A stretch of 61,949 bases of DNA, the filler included. It is 9 parts of 9 records of this genome, joined end to end, with 100 filler letters (N's around TTAATTAATTAA, not from the genome) between each part and the next. Parts side by side here need not be neighbours in the genome. Positions count along the whole stretch, not along the records: positions 39,952 to 46,708 come from SRR2962707_661; positions 46,809 to 56,329 come from SRR2962707_666; 7 more parts are not named here. The stretch is one strand, 5' to 3'. Every line of letters begins with the position of its first letter. The stretch's first letter is position 1. The notes beneath the pieces were generated by a model that searched no databases, had not been told where the DNA came from, and saw only the letters and a list, made by a program, of their open reading frames with translations. Of the stretch, positions 39,952-53,000 are shown piece by piece. The position numbers and the translations under genes are program-made.

Positions 39952-42900
39952 CAGCAGCAGCAGCAGCAGCAGCAGCAGCTGACCACGACGAGCCAGTTCA
40001 CAATGCACGGCGAGCGCCTGTGCCGCAGGCACAGAGTGTGCGAGTGCAAGTTGCCCTTCGGCCGTTTGTAGCGGCATCGCCCACTGCAGCAGCAACAGCG
40101 GCCACTGATTCAGCTTTAATTGCAACTTTGCCTCAATTAGCGCCATCTTCGTTGCTGTGGAGTGGCTCTCCTGAAAGCCCGAAGCGTGGCAATGCTGGAG
40201 CCACTGGAACGTCCAGGGAGGCTCAAGATACGTACGTGACTGCTGTCGCGTACGGAGGCCCGGCACTGCCGTCTGCCACGAGGGTCTTTTGGAGGGTCTG
40301 CTTCGAAGTCGGTGTGGACGAGTCTGCTCTGGGCGGCTACGGCAATGCGACTAGTCTGCGATGCACTGAAGCAGCTTCTTTCGTGACAGGTCTCTTCAGA
40401 GTTTCAGACTGGGGAGGGGCTGCGTGGATTGGCGGCCGGCAGCTGCGAAGTCCGGAGATCACGATCTCACCGGACGTTGAATCAGTAGTTGTGGCCGTGA
40501 CGGGGCTTGGCTTCTATGAACTGTGAGTCGCGTGAGCAGCGTGGTTTTGTGGGGAAGCGGAGCAGTGCATCTGGCGACGGCAATGCTTGTGTTCTTGTGC
40601 TCATGCGTGAACGTGAAGAATTTGGCACTCACGCAGTCGGTGTGGTTGCAATTGTTACGGGCGTCGGGGTAGGTTTTTAAATGGTGCAAGGGTGGGAGAC
40701 GCTGTCCTTGACCCTGGATTTTCAACGAATGTCACAGAGCGGATTCTTTACGCTGTGTACGACGTCACAGACATGATCGCTGACATGGACCAAGCTGGCC
40801 ACGAATTCGGAGACCTGCGAGGCAAGACCAATAATAGTAAAGCAAACAAGTCGATTGTATTTGGCGCTCGTGTCGGGGCTGGCAAGTACTCGTACGTATT
40901 GTGTGAACGGCTCAACCACGATTGCCCAACAGCAAGTTCCACGGCCTTTGAACGCAGTTTTGAAATCATGTTGTCTCCGAAGGTACTCTGTCAATCCTTT
41001 TGCTTTACCCGGGAAAGATGTATTTGCCCTGAAGTTTGCTTTAACGGTTCATTTTTTGAACGGGTCAAGCGATGTTCTTCTTACAACAAACAAGCAATGG
41101 ACAGAAAGTGACTCTCCGATCGTTTGGGAGAATTTGTTCGTTACTCGAATATTTTATGGCTGTACAATTCTTGAACCCGCCGCATGGTACTGGGCGGGTT
41201 CAGCCACAATGATGACGTGACTTGTTCCCCTGTTTCGTTGGTCAACGTTATGTGTAGATACAATGGAGAAGTCTACGATGCACGTCTTGCTCAGCCAAAT
41301 TGGGCAGTGCCAGGGTTTGTGCCTAGTGTGCTGCCTTGGCGGCCCGTCAAAGAGGTGGATCTTCCCGACGGTTCTGAGGCTGCCTTATCCGCACGTCTCT
41401 TCCCACCAATCCGCGTCGTGAAGGAAGTAAAGCCGATCAATGTGACGGTGCTGGACGCAAATGGCTCCTTCTTTTACGACCTTGGCAACAATTATGCTGG
41501 CGTCGCTCGAGTTTCATTGCCTGCAGGGATGCCAGCTGGTACAACTATCGCAGTGGTGTGTACTGAATACTTGGCTGTTGCGGAGGTACCGTGGGGACCT
41601 GCAGACCAGTACAACCAGCAAGACTTGTACGTTTGTTTTTGGTTGAGCAGAGCTGCGGCGTGATTGTCACCATGATATGACCGCAGCAACGCTGCGCTGT
41701 TGGCAGGTACATTTTTTCTGGGCTGGAAACTGCGGGGGTCACATGGGCGCCGACCTTCGTGTATCATGGGTTTCGTTTTGTGCGAGTTGACGTGCGGGCA
41801 CCCCCGAAGAGTAGCACGGCCGGAAGCAAATACCCCGGCCCCGCCACCGCTTTGATGTCTGAACCGCTGTCTGTGGTAGGATTGTTCATGCGATCTGATG
41901 TGGAGGTTCACGGACGCGTTGTTTTTGGAAACGAGGTCACAAATGTGGCGCCCCATATTTCAGTTGATACCTTGCAGGGACACGCATCGACCCCCGCTAA
42001 TGTACTGAACGTTGTGCAGCACTGCATTGTGCATACCCAGCTGGATAATTTACACTCCATTCCAACGGACTGTCCGCAACGGGAGAAACGTGGGTGGATG
42101 GGTGATGCGCAGTGGACATCGGAAGAGGCGTCGCTAAATATGGACATGCAAAGCTTGTGCGTTTCGTTGAGTGAGGTTGAGCGGAAATGATTTCTCTGAG
42201 TGTGCTTGCTGTGGGCTTCTGTTTGAAAATCCTTTCGGCACCATTGTGTATTCAGCTACCTAAATTGGTTGAGAACCATGAAAGATCTGCAACAAAAACA
42301 ATGCACACGTGCCCTGCCAGACAGTCACGGGAATCTCAATATGTCTGGGTACGTGGCAGACACCAACGCAGTGAACGGGCTCCTGTGTCAAATGTACGCT
42401 AAGTCCTCACTATCGCACGCTGTGATACGAATCGATACCCAGGTATTGTTGGGTTTATACTGATAGTCCACTCGAAGCATCGTCGGTTTCGACCGCTCAT
42501 TTGCAGGCATGCAATCTTACAAACTCATACTGTTGCCTGCCGTCACCGCCCGGTTCAGATCCTTTGCATCCGGACATCGCAAACTGCAGCCCTCAGTATG
42601 TGTTTGCCACCTGGCGTGAGTGTGGGCAATATTGGATATTTTGAGGCGAGTGTGCTGTTTTTCACCCATCTCTATTGATTGCCGTGCAGGTATAACCAAA
42701 CAGATGTTGCTGGCGCGGTTCCCGATGTTGTGCCCAACAACTGGGGTCGCGGTGGTTCGCGTGGCTGGCCAGGCACACCAACATGGTCTGCGTTGCTGTT
42801 TTTCAAACTCTGCACGCGCGGTCTCTATTCAGCCCCGGGTCATTCGATTGACGTATTTTATTTTTTTGGTCCCAGGTCGTCGGCAATTGTGGTAATTCCT

Positions 42901-44533
42901 GGAGTCCTCCTGCAGCATGGACATTTGCAAGGCGCTGATTTAGAAGCGGTCTACGGCCCTGCAGCGGCCCACGTCGACTTTTTGTCACGTCAACAGGGGT
43001 CTGGTTGCCGTTGCTTTGCGACGTTACTGTCTTTTGTTGTTGCTGTTGCATACGCAGCCTCTTTGAGCCAGCTGCGCGTTTTTGATCACTGTATTGTGCC
43101 GTGTGTGCACTCTTGATAACAGTTATGGTGGTATTGACGGCATTCCCACGTTTGGTATGATGGGAGACTGGTGCTCCATTGAGCCTTTTTGCCCTGGGTC
43201 TTCGGACGCGTGTCTGCAGGTTTGTCTAATGGAGAACACTTTGAGTTGCTTGAAAGGTGGATGCGGTAAGGACTTGAGGTTTGAACGTGCTTGGCAATGT
43301 AGAATCCGGGCTGGCTACCGCAAGGAGACGCCACAACGGCGTTTTACTTCATCAAAGATCTTGAAGTTATGGTGGAACTCGCTGCTGCCTCCAACAGAAG
43401 CGAGGATCTTCTTAAATACGAATCCGCACTTGGACGAGCGAGACAGGCTTACTACGCGACGTACTTCAACTCAACGTCCAACGACTTTGGTCCAACTCAA
43501 ACTGGAAATGCACTTGGTATTTTGGCTTCTCCTCCAGGTGTACCAATTGCTGGTGCGGTGCAAGCGCTGGTTGGAAATATAAATGCGCGAAATGGCACGA
43601 TTTCTACTGGAGCCGTAGGGGCCAGATGGATTCTTCAGGTATTGCGAGTTCCGATGTTGTGATCGGTTTTGCAGCGACCAATTGTGATTGGGCTGGGCCT
43701 CTATTGGCGAAGGCTAGTCAACTTGTTTCAAGGCTGGTCAACTTGTTTCATTCTGCGCTTGTAGGCTCTAACGGCTGCGAACCAGACATCGGCCGCTTTA
43801 GCCTTGGCGACACAGACGGCCGCTCCTTCGTGGTTTGTGAATTCATTCTCTATTCAATCGCTGTGCGACGCGAGCTGCACGTCTTGTGACGCGAGCTGCA
43901 CGGTCATGATGTGCACGTTGCATGGTTTGAAGGTACTTTATGGCAACGACGCTTCCCGGCACACTGCACGAACAATGGAACCCGGACCCTCCGCCAACCG
44001 GAGGGTTCAGCCTCAACCACATCATGTTTGGTGGTGGAATAGGTGTGTGGGTTCACGAAGAGGTCGGCGGGCTTCGCATCAGAATGGATCGTCGAGGACA
44101 GTGCAGGCCACAAAATCTAAGTCCACCCAAGCTTCGTTTTGAATTTGGAGTTGAGCTTGTTGTCGCTGAAAAAGTCGGCGCGGCCGCCGCAGAGACCCGC
44201 GTACTTAAAGGATACAAAGTCGCTTCCAAATGGCGTCTGTTTGACTCCGAGCGTGCACCCCGCATTTTGGAGTACAATTGTACTGTTCCCCCGACGCCGA
44301 TGGGGCCAGTTAACGGAGACCACTGTAGGGCCCACAGCCATGCCCGAGCCACGCTTACCGTGCCTTGGAGCGAGGCGGTGACAGTTTTTGAGAGTGGTGT
44401 GCTGGTATGGCCGCTTAGTGCCCGAATACAATCTGTCGGAATCGGACAGCCACGGGTCGACATTGTGTCAAAGATCTTGACGCTACCAATTACAGGTTAT
44501 GGCCAATTTCAGGTCCGAGTCGAAGGCTTGTAG
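39952..44533 (+). CDS. Alpha-L-rhamnosidase, GH78 (multi-exon, 5' truncated)
   Basis: TGLGFYEL|FLNG, YNGEVYDARL, YDLGNNYAG, PTFVYHGFRFV, SIPTDCPQREKRGWMGDAQ, MGDWC, TLHEQW...SLNHIMFGG. Confidence 0.93.
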
Positions 44534-44730
44534 GTTTGGCGGTGTGAAAATGCGCTGCAGTACGTTCACGTAGTCAACTCCCGAGGACTATGTCCTTTTG
44601 GGTTTATAAAATAAAATAAGTTAGCGAAGCAGCTACTGCGCATCGACAGCTACCAGCTCAACTGAATTGCCATCACTGGAGGGGCTCCTCCAGCAAAAGA
44701 AGGACTGCAGGATCAAAAGAATCAAACATA

Positions 44731-46683
44731 TCACCGCCACCGCGCTTGCTGTTCGTGCTTGCCTGGTGGACGGAAAAACAGCATTCGAAGTAAGACATTG
44801 ATGACTTTGGGTGCTAGCACTTCTGCGTCATTGCAAACGAACCCTTCAGCTGCACTCGCGGCGTGCGCTGCCTCATGTGCGGCGCGTGTGGCCGTCTTTA
44901 CAGCTGCGGCAGCTTGCGCGGTGGCTTGCGAAACGTCTATCGTCAATTTCTCGACGTCATGCTGCAGTAGAATAAGGGCAGCAGGAGTGAGTTGTGATGA
45001 AACCGCATCAGGGTTGTTGGTGTCTGCAGAATTGAAAGCCTTGGATACGGTATCTGCCTGTGATGCACTGCCCTGCGCGGCGACATGGCGACCTGCAATT
45101 ACGGCAGCACGTGCTGCAAGGGCTTGGCGGTGCCGAGCAAATGCACTTGCACGAGCTGAGGCTCTTATGCGCTCTGTGGCAGCTATTGCATCACTGCGTG
45201 CTTCAAACCACCTCTGCTTGGCTTTGGCGCTGCTACCTTTGATCTTGAGAAGGAAACACACAACGATTCGCGCGAACACAGGTCGCACATTGACGTCACA
45301 GGATGAGAAGAAATGCAGAAATAACGACAGGAACTGGGCAAACGAGTGTATTTGCCGCACAGACTCACTTTCTCGAGCACATCGTAGGCGCCATTCTCGC
45401 CAAATATCTCTATAAACCTGCCGACGCATTGGCAGAGCAGTTCAGCCAAATAGCGCAGCGTGAGCTAAACAAGTCAGGAAATCGCCATCGCCAACATCAC
45501 AAGTTCGTTTCTGTGTCAACTGTTCTGCCTTAATTGTGGTGGCACGTACGCGACGGACGGAATGAAAGAACGGGCCATTTGAACATGAATGGCCAGCAAC
45601 ACCGCATCTTGATCATTCGCAATGGTGGTCCGCGCAACCCACTCTGGATCGTCTTCCGAGCGCCGGCAGATTCGAATTTTTTTACTCGGCAGAGCTGACA
45701 ATTGTAAAAGGAATTCTGGGCATGCCGATAGTGGACAACAGCATGGTCATTGAACATGATGAGAGCCATAGCGACAGGAGACGACACCAGAACGTTTAGG
45801 CATGGGCACGGTGAGCGAACTTCGTACCCGGCTCGTTGATGCCATGCAATCGGAGTTTCTTCACCGAAGTGCCATACGCCGTGTTGCGCTCCAGCAAGGT
45901 TAGCGGTTCCGTGTGTACCTCAGCCGTTTCAAACATCAACCATTGCACTCGGCACCCCGCGTCGTCGTCCGTGGCCTTCGCCAACAGCAGCAAGCACGCA
46001 AGAAACACATACATGTCAGAAACATGCTTGCAATGATTGCGCAATGGTGTCCCCCGTCTCCCTCTTTTGTTCATACACCAACTCAAGTAGTCATGCCGAA
46101 CCTGGTACATCACCACGTTTCGATTGGTGCTCCGGTGGATGATGAAAAGCACTGACTGCCCCCCGTCAGGATGGGCTCGCGTTTCTAAAAGTTGCGAAAT
46201 TGCCGGGATGCTGCGCGGATGCCCCCTGTACAGTGCCGGGCTCGCGCTCTCCGCAGCATCTGCTGCAGCTGTAGCTGCAGCATTCAGTTCGTCCTCATTC
46301 TCTTCCTCCTCATGCACCACTACAGCCGCCGCCACCGCTGCCGCAGCTGCGGCAGCTTCCACAATCTCCGCGTTCTTGCTCGGTTGTTGCGCCTCGTCAC
46401 TCCCGCGCCTCGATTTGGGAGCTGCCAATGGCATTGAAGCTGAGGCCGTCTGAGTTTGCGAAGTGCCATGCAGGCTCGGGTTCCTATCCATGTCTGTGGC
46501 TGCAGTGTCTGCGTTTGCAGATGCAGTAGTGGAAGCAGGCGACGGCAGCGAGTTGCCTCCAAGCACGTCCCGAGAGGACATGCCGAGACCGAAGCGACTG
46601 CGCCTCCGCCTCCTCGACAGAGTGTCTGCAGCCGTTGTCGACCGTGCCGCTGCTGTCTTTTTTGGACGAATGAGGCGAAGCAT
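44731..46683 (-). CDS. Protein with DUF4833-like domain (multi-exon; 3' extent uncertain)
   Basis: LFIIHRSTNRNVVMYQ...WLMFE...EPLTLLERNTAYG resembles DUF4833 as I recall it; the downstream Ala-rich coiled ORF 44731-45429 may or may not belong to the same gene. Confidence 0.5.
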
Positions 46684-47059
46684 GTTGTTGTTGTTGTTGT
46701 TGTTGTTGNNNNNNNNNNNNNNNNNNNNNNNNNNNNNNNNNNNNNNNNNNNNTTAATTAATTAANNNNNNNNNNNNNNNNNNNNNNNNNNNNNNNNNNNN
46801 NNNNNNNNTTTTTTTTTTTTTTTTTTTTTTTGTCTGCGTCTTTCTGTTTTGCCTTTGTTGCGTCTTGTGTGTGTTTTTTTTCTTCTTCTGTTTTGCCAGT
46901 GTTTGGCGCGGATGCGCTCAATGGTTGGTTGCAGTTGGTTGCAGCTGTTTGTCGCTTTGCTTGTTGATTCATTTGCGAGTGATTGAAACCGCCTTGCTGC
47001 TGGATGTTTCGCTCGCTTTTGTAGAGCGGTGGCGGGCTCGTGCTCTGTCACCGCGGACG

Positions 47060-50000
47060 ATGGCGTTCCAGGCGCGCCATCGTTGGATCATATCTCGCAT
47101 TGTAGAAACATTCGGAGTGTATGACACTGTGGTCGAGAAGTTCTTGCGGCTTCGCGAGAACCTCACCACTCTGTCGAACTTCCTGGACGGTGGCGATAGT
47201 GGCGTTGTTGTTGGCGGCGGCGGCGGCGGAGGAGGTTCACCGAGGCATTTATTTGTTTTTTACCAGCCTCGCTCCACTAATAACGAAGTGGGCGAGGTAG
47301 TCGTCAATGGAACCGAGCCGGAACTTTTCTTCACAACCGGTGACGGGGACCAACTTCTCAGCAAGGCCTTGTTTTTCGTTAGGAACACCGGCACGGGGAA
47401 AATTGATTTGTCCGTCGCCAGCGACGACACGTTGCTCAGCGGCGAGCTGACTGGGTCGCCTCTTCACGACCTCGAGTCGACGCTGTCGATTGTGTACACA
47501 CCCAACTTTACCGCACGTGCAGATTGGGGAAAGACAGATGCAAAACACCTGAGCGATTTCTTGGGCGGTCTGCGAAAGTTTGTACTGGACATGCAGGAAA
47601 ATCTCAAGAGCCTGGTCGGGGGCATTCAATTGGTAAAGCCCGAACACAAAATTCGAGCTGTAGATGTTCGACCTGATGCCACGCTTGTTGGAGAGTACGA
47701 GAAACTTTTATTGCAATGGTGCTCCCAGATTGAAACGTATTTGCACGAAAAGGAATCAACGGACACAAATGACGAAAACTCTGGACCCATGGCAGAGTTA
47801 GAATGGTGGCGGCGGCGCATGCAAAGACTCACAAGCATCACGGAGCAACTGAAGACAAAGGAAATCAAAACCGTTATTAGTGTGTTGTCGAGCTGGACTA
47901 AATCACAGGCAGAGCACTCGAGCAAACAACGGCTTTTTTTGTTGATGCGTCGCTGGAAAACAATTGATATCGGCATTACAGAGGCCGCGAACGAGGCGAA
48001 GGACAACGTCAAGTACCTGTTCACGCTGGAAAAGTTTCTGGAGCCACTCTATTCAGGCGATCCCACGACCATCATTGATACTCTCCCAGCTATGATCAAT
48101 AGCATCAAAATGATTCACACTATCGCGCGGTACTACAACACGAAAGAGCGAATGACTGCGTTGTTTGTCAAAATCACCAACCAAATGATTCGTAACTGCC
48201 GCACCTTTATTTCCGAACACGGCAAACCCCTTTGGAGTCTGGATGCCGAGCCGTTGGTGGAGCGTCTGGAGGCCTGCTTGAAGCTGAATGAAGCTTTTCA
48301 AGAACATTATCGCCTGACAAAGGACAAGTTGCTCACGATGCCCAATAATAGACAGTTTGATTTTGATGAAGGTGCCATCTTTGGACGTTTCGACATGTTT
48401 TGCAGGCGTTTGGCCAAGCTTGTCGATATGTTCTCCACTGCCCAACAGTTTCAATCGTTGGCTACTCACAGAATGGAAGGCATGGAAAAGCTGTTGCAGG
48501 CGTTTTTCGACCTCACCCGCGATTTCCGTTTGAAAGGCCATGACCTGCTTGATTTTCACGACAACGTATTCGACCGTGACTACGTGGAGTTCAATATTCG
48601 CATTGGGCGGCTGGAGTCCGGGCTGCAAGACTTCATCAACGAGTCTTTTGAAAGCATCACTTCCATCACTCACTCATTGAATTTGCTCAAAAAGTTCCAG
48701 CTCATCCTTCACCGGGAGTCGCTCAAGTCGGATCTTGACAACAAGTTCACTATTATTTTCCAGACATATGGAATGGAGCTGCAGCAAGTACAAAACATTT
48801 ACGAGCAGAATAAACACGCCCCACCAATCGGCAGAAACCTTCCGCCAGTCGCGGGGAACATCACTTGGTCTCGGCACCTTCTGAATCGCATCGAGGAGCC
48901 AATGGCACAGTTCGAGTCCAATCAAAATGTTCTCAACTCCAAAGCGGCGAAGCGGATTATCAAGACGTACAACAAGGTTGCAAGGACTCTTGTCGCCTTT
49001 GAGTACTTGTGGTATCAAGCTTGGGTGCAGTCGATCGAAACAGCCAAGGCCGGTCTGCAAGCAACGCTTATTGTTCGACACCCAGGTGATCACAAACTGT
49101 ACGTGAACTTTGACCACGAAATTCTGCAATTGATTCGAGAAGCCAAATGCTTGGAACGCATGGGCATTGTCATTCCAGAATCGGCTAAGATTGTGCTGCT
49201 GCAAGAGGCGAAGTTCAAGAGTTACTACTTTGACCTGCTACACATTTTGCGCGAGTGAGTGCAATTGTTGTAGTGTTGTGCATTCGTAGTCCACGGAGCC
49301 ACTAGCGCGTGTTGTTCTGTTTTTGTTGTCTTGCAGTGGTAGTAAATGTTCCAACATCACTTTACTTGGCTAGGTATCGCCGTGTCGCAAGCCGAGTCAG
49401 CCCCGTCACGCAGCGACTCCTTGCGATTCACTTCCGTGACATGGACTACAAGCTGCGGCCAGGAATGATTACCTTAACGTGGACATCGATGAACATTGAC
49501 GCATACAAGCACCACGTTCACAATGGGCTTCAGCGATTGGACGAGTTAGTCACCACCATCAACGACATCATCGACAACCGCATTGAACACAACCTCAAGC
49601 TCGTCAGCCGTTGCATGCTGATGGATCTGAGCATGGCGATTGTGTCACTTGAGACTTTCGTGCAGTGCCAAGAGGCTCACATCGAGGAGGTTGCGGTCCT
49701 TTTGCAGGGCAAAAATGTGGAGATTGAAAACGCGGTTGACGATCTCATTCATGCCATCAATTCCTTCCCCCTAGAGCCAAACATTGCTGCGTCCGCGAAA
49801 GACAATACTGCTGACGTGCAGGCTTTGCGAACGCACTTTAACAGAAATATGTATGTAAAAACCGATGAAATTGATTACTTCGCCACGAAGCTATAGTAGT
49901 GATTTTTCATCCATTGCTGCTATGTTTTGACAGGTACCGCGCATTGTTGAAAGCAACGAAGAAGTCATTGGGCATATTGAAGCACCGAGTGGGCGCGCGA

Positions 50001-53000
50001 GGCGCCACAGGTTTTTTAGTGGTAGACAAACCCTTTTTCGAGGTGGATGTGAGTGTGTCTGCTCCAACAATCCGACTTGAGCCGAGCCTAAGCGACATTC
50101 AACGTGCCATCAATAAGGCAGCTAAAGCAGTGCTGTCAACATCCCGCCGTTTACTGGATTGGAATTTGAAGTCTAGTTGTGATGGTAAGTGGTTCGCTTT
50201 CCCACCTCTGCGGTCCCTCTAGACCTGAGCCATTTCACGCGATTGCCAGTGAGGTGATCTCTGCCACTTCCATAAATGACGCAATCATTTTGTTTTTTGC
50301 AGAGGCACCACCAAAGACATTCTTTTCGCGAATCACGAAGGACATTGAAATTGTGAGGGTAGTGCTTCTTCTGACAGGGTCGATCGAGGGTGCAAAAGAC
50401 CAAGTTGCTCACTTCGTCAACGGATTTGCAAGGTACAGAATTTACAATAAGACATTGTGTCATTGACAGAAATGAGGTTATTGGGATGCCGACTTTGTCT
50501 GTGCCACAAATACTGTTTCATGTCGAGAGCTGGCTTTTACAAGCCATGAGGTTATTGAGGTGTGTGTCGTGTGTATTACTGCTCTGTCTGCTCTGTCCAG
50601 GTATGATTGGCTATGGAAAGACGACATGAACAGTGCGTACAACAGTTTTATAGCAGGCCATCCATCGCTAGATGATTATGCTCTTCGGCTCGGAGATTTC
50701 GAATCCCTTGCATCTGAGATTGAGAGAATTCCACCCGTGTGCAATATTGGAGCGCTCCAACTGCGCACACAAAACCTCAAAACTGGGCTGGTTCATCAGG
50801 TAATGCTGTATGTGGCTGCGAGATATCATAATTCGGTGGTCAATGCGCCGACAGCCGAGTTTTGTGGTCGATCTAACGCTGCCTTGGTGTTGGTGTTGTA
50901 GGCGACGGACTGGACTGTGTTGTATTCGTCCAAACTACATTCGGAGGCGCGGCGCCAAATGGAAGCTTTGCTCGAATACATGACGCAAGCCGAACGCCGT
51001 CTTCAGCGAGAGGTCAACGATTTGAATGATCTTCGGAGCGTGATGTCCCACCTTCGTGATATTCGGGATCGAGAATCCGGTATCCAAATGGAAATTGCTC
51101 CCGTGATGGACATGTATAGACTGTTGGAGCAGTGCGTTTCTATTTCGATTGCACGCGTAAATGGCGTGTGTGTGTCAGCTTTTAGCGATTTCTCATTTTG
51201 TGCGCCACGTTTCGTTTGGGGATATTGGCTTTCGCAGGTACCTGCCAGCCAATATCATCCTAAAGGAGGAAATGGATTCTCGCTCAATGCTTATGCCTCG
51301 GTGGCGTGCGATGGTCGAGAAGGCAGAAGCCGTTACTGACAACTTAAACATGCTGCAGCTAAAATTCAAAAGGCAGCTGCTACGTGACGTTCGCGAGTTC
51401 CAAGATGACGTTGCCGCTTTTCGCTTTGAGTAAGGTGTTTTTTGAGACAGCAGCACGCCACCGAAATGCGCTTCTCGTTGCAATTTGTCTGCGGCCACTT
51501 TTAAAATTCTGTGGGTTGCATATCCAGGTACCTCGCCAAGGGACCGATGGCTGATGATCTTGAGCCAATGCAGGCAGTCGAGCGTTTGTCCCGCTTTCGT
51601 GAGGAGTTTTTGATCCGAGATCGCAAGTTTCAACTCTATCGCGGGGGCGAGATGCTCTTTGCAATGCCTTTGACTGATTACCCAGAACTTGAGGCCATTC
51701 GCAATGAGCTACGGTTATTGCAAAAACTATACGACTTGTACGCGTTACTTTGTTGCACGCGCAGTGATTGGCACTTCCCGAGGGAATTCCTTGAAAGCCA
51801 CGTGTCCTGGTTTTGATTTTCCACTCGATGTGTTTGCTGTTTGCTCGTCATTGGGGCTACGTTGTTACTAGATATGTTGAAGTGATTGACACTTCCAAAC
51901 AGTGGCGAGAGATTAGGTGGGCCAGCTTTAACATGCAGGCTTCAAGCATTCAAGATCGCATTGAGCACTTTGCTGCAAGATGCCGCCAAATGCCGACCAC
52001 GCTTCGCGAATGGCCGGCTTTTCTGCATCTGAGCCAGCAGATTACCGACTTCCAGGTAGTCCTACCGCTTCTGCATGAGCTTTGCAGGTCATCAATTAAA
52101 GTCCGGCACTGGAAGGAGGTGATGGACGTAACCTCAGTGGTGCTCCAGATTGATAATGCCGATATGCGTTTGGGCGAACTTCTGGACGCTCACCTTGAAG
52201 CTCACAGGGACGCTGTGGAAGGGATTTGCGAAAGTGCAGAGAAACAGCAGGCGATAGAGAGTCGGCTTTTGGACATCAAGGAAGCGTGGGATGTGGCAAG
52301 CTTTGAATTTGGCCAATGGAAGAATAAATCCGTTCCAATTCTTTCTGGCGTGGGGCCAATTATGGAAGATCTCGAAGATGCACAAATGAACCTTCAAGCG
52401 ATGCTCACGATGCGCCACGTGGCTCCATTTCGAGAAGAAGCGCATATTCTTCTTGCATCACTCAGTGAGACATCTGATATTTTGGAACGCTGGGTCAAGG
52501 TGCAGATGCTCTGGTGCTCGCTAGAGTCCGTGTTTACCGGTGGTGACATTGCAAAGCAACTCCCTATGGAGGCAAAGAAGTTCAGCAAGGTCGACAAGGA
52601 CTGGGTCAAGATCATGGCCAAAGCAAGCAGTACTATATTAGTGGTCCCTTGTTGTGCTAACGAGCTTCTTCACAACGCGCTTCCTGTCATGTGCGTGCCC
52701 CGAAATGTGACAATCCTCAAATCGTAGTTCCCGAGTTTTCTTCTGTTTCGTCAAAACTAGGACTGACCGCTGTTTGAAATTAACTGCAACCACACTGTAA
52801 TATTTGTTTGGGCAGGCACTCTGAATTGGAAAAATGTCAAAAATCTCTTGAAGGCTATCTTGAGCAGAAGCGGTCCCTGTTTCCGCGATTTTATTTTGTC
52901 TCCAACCCTGTGTTGTTGCAAATTTTATCACAAGGTTCGAACCCAATTGCCATCCAACCGTTCTACGAGAAAATTTTCGACTGCATCTCGCTTGTGGAGC

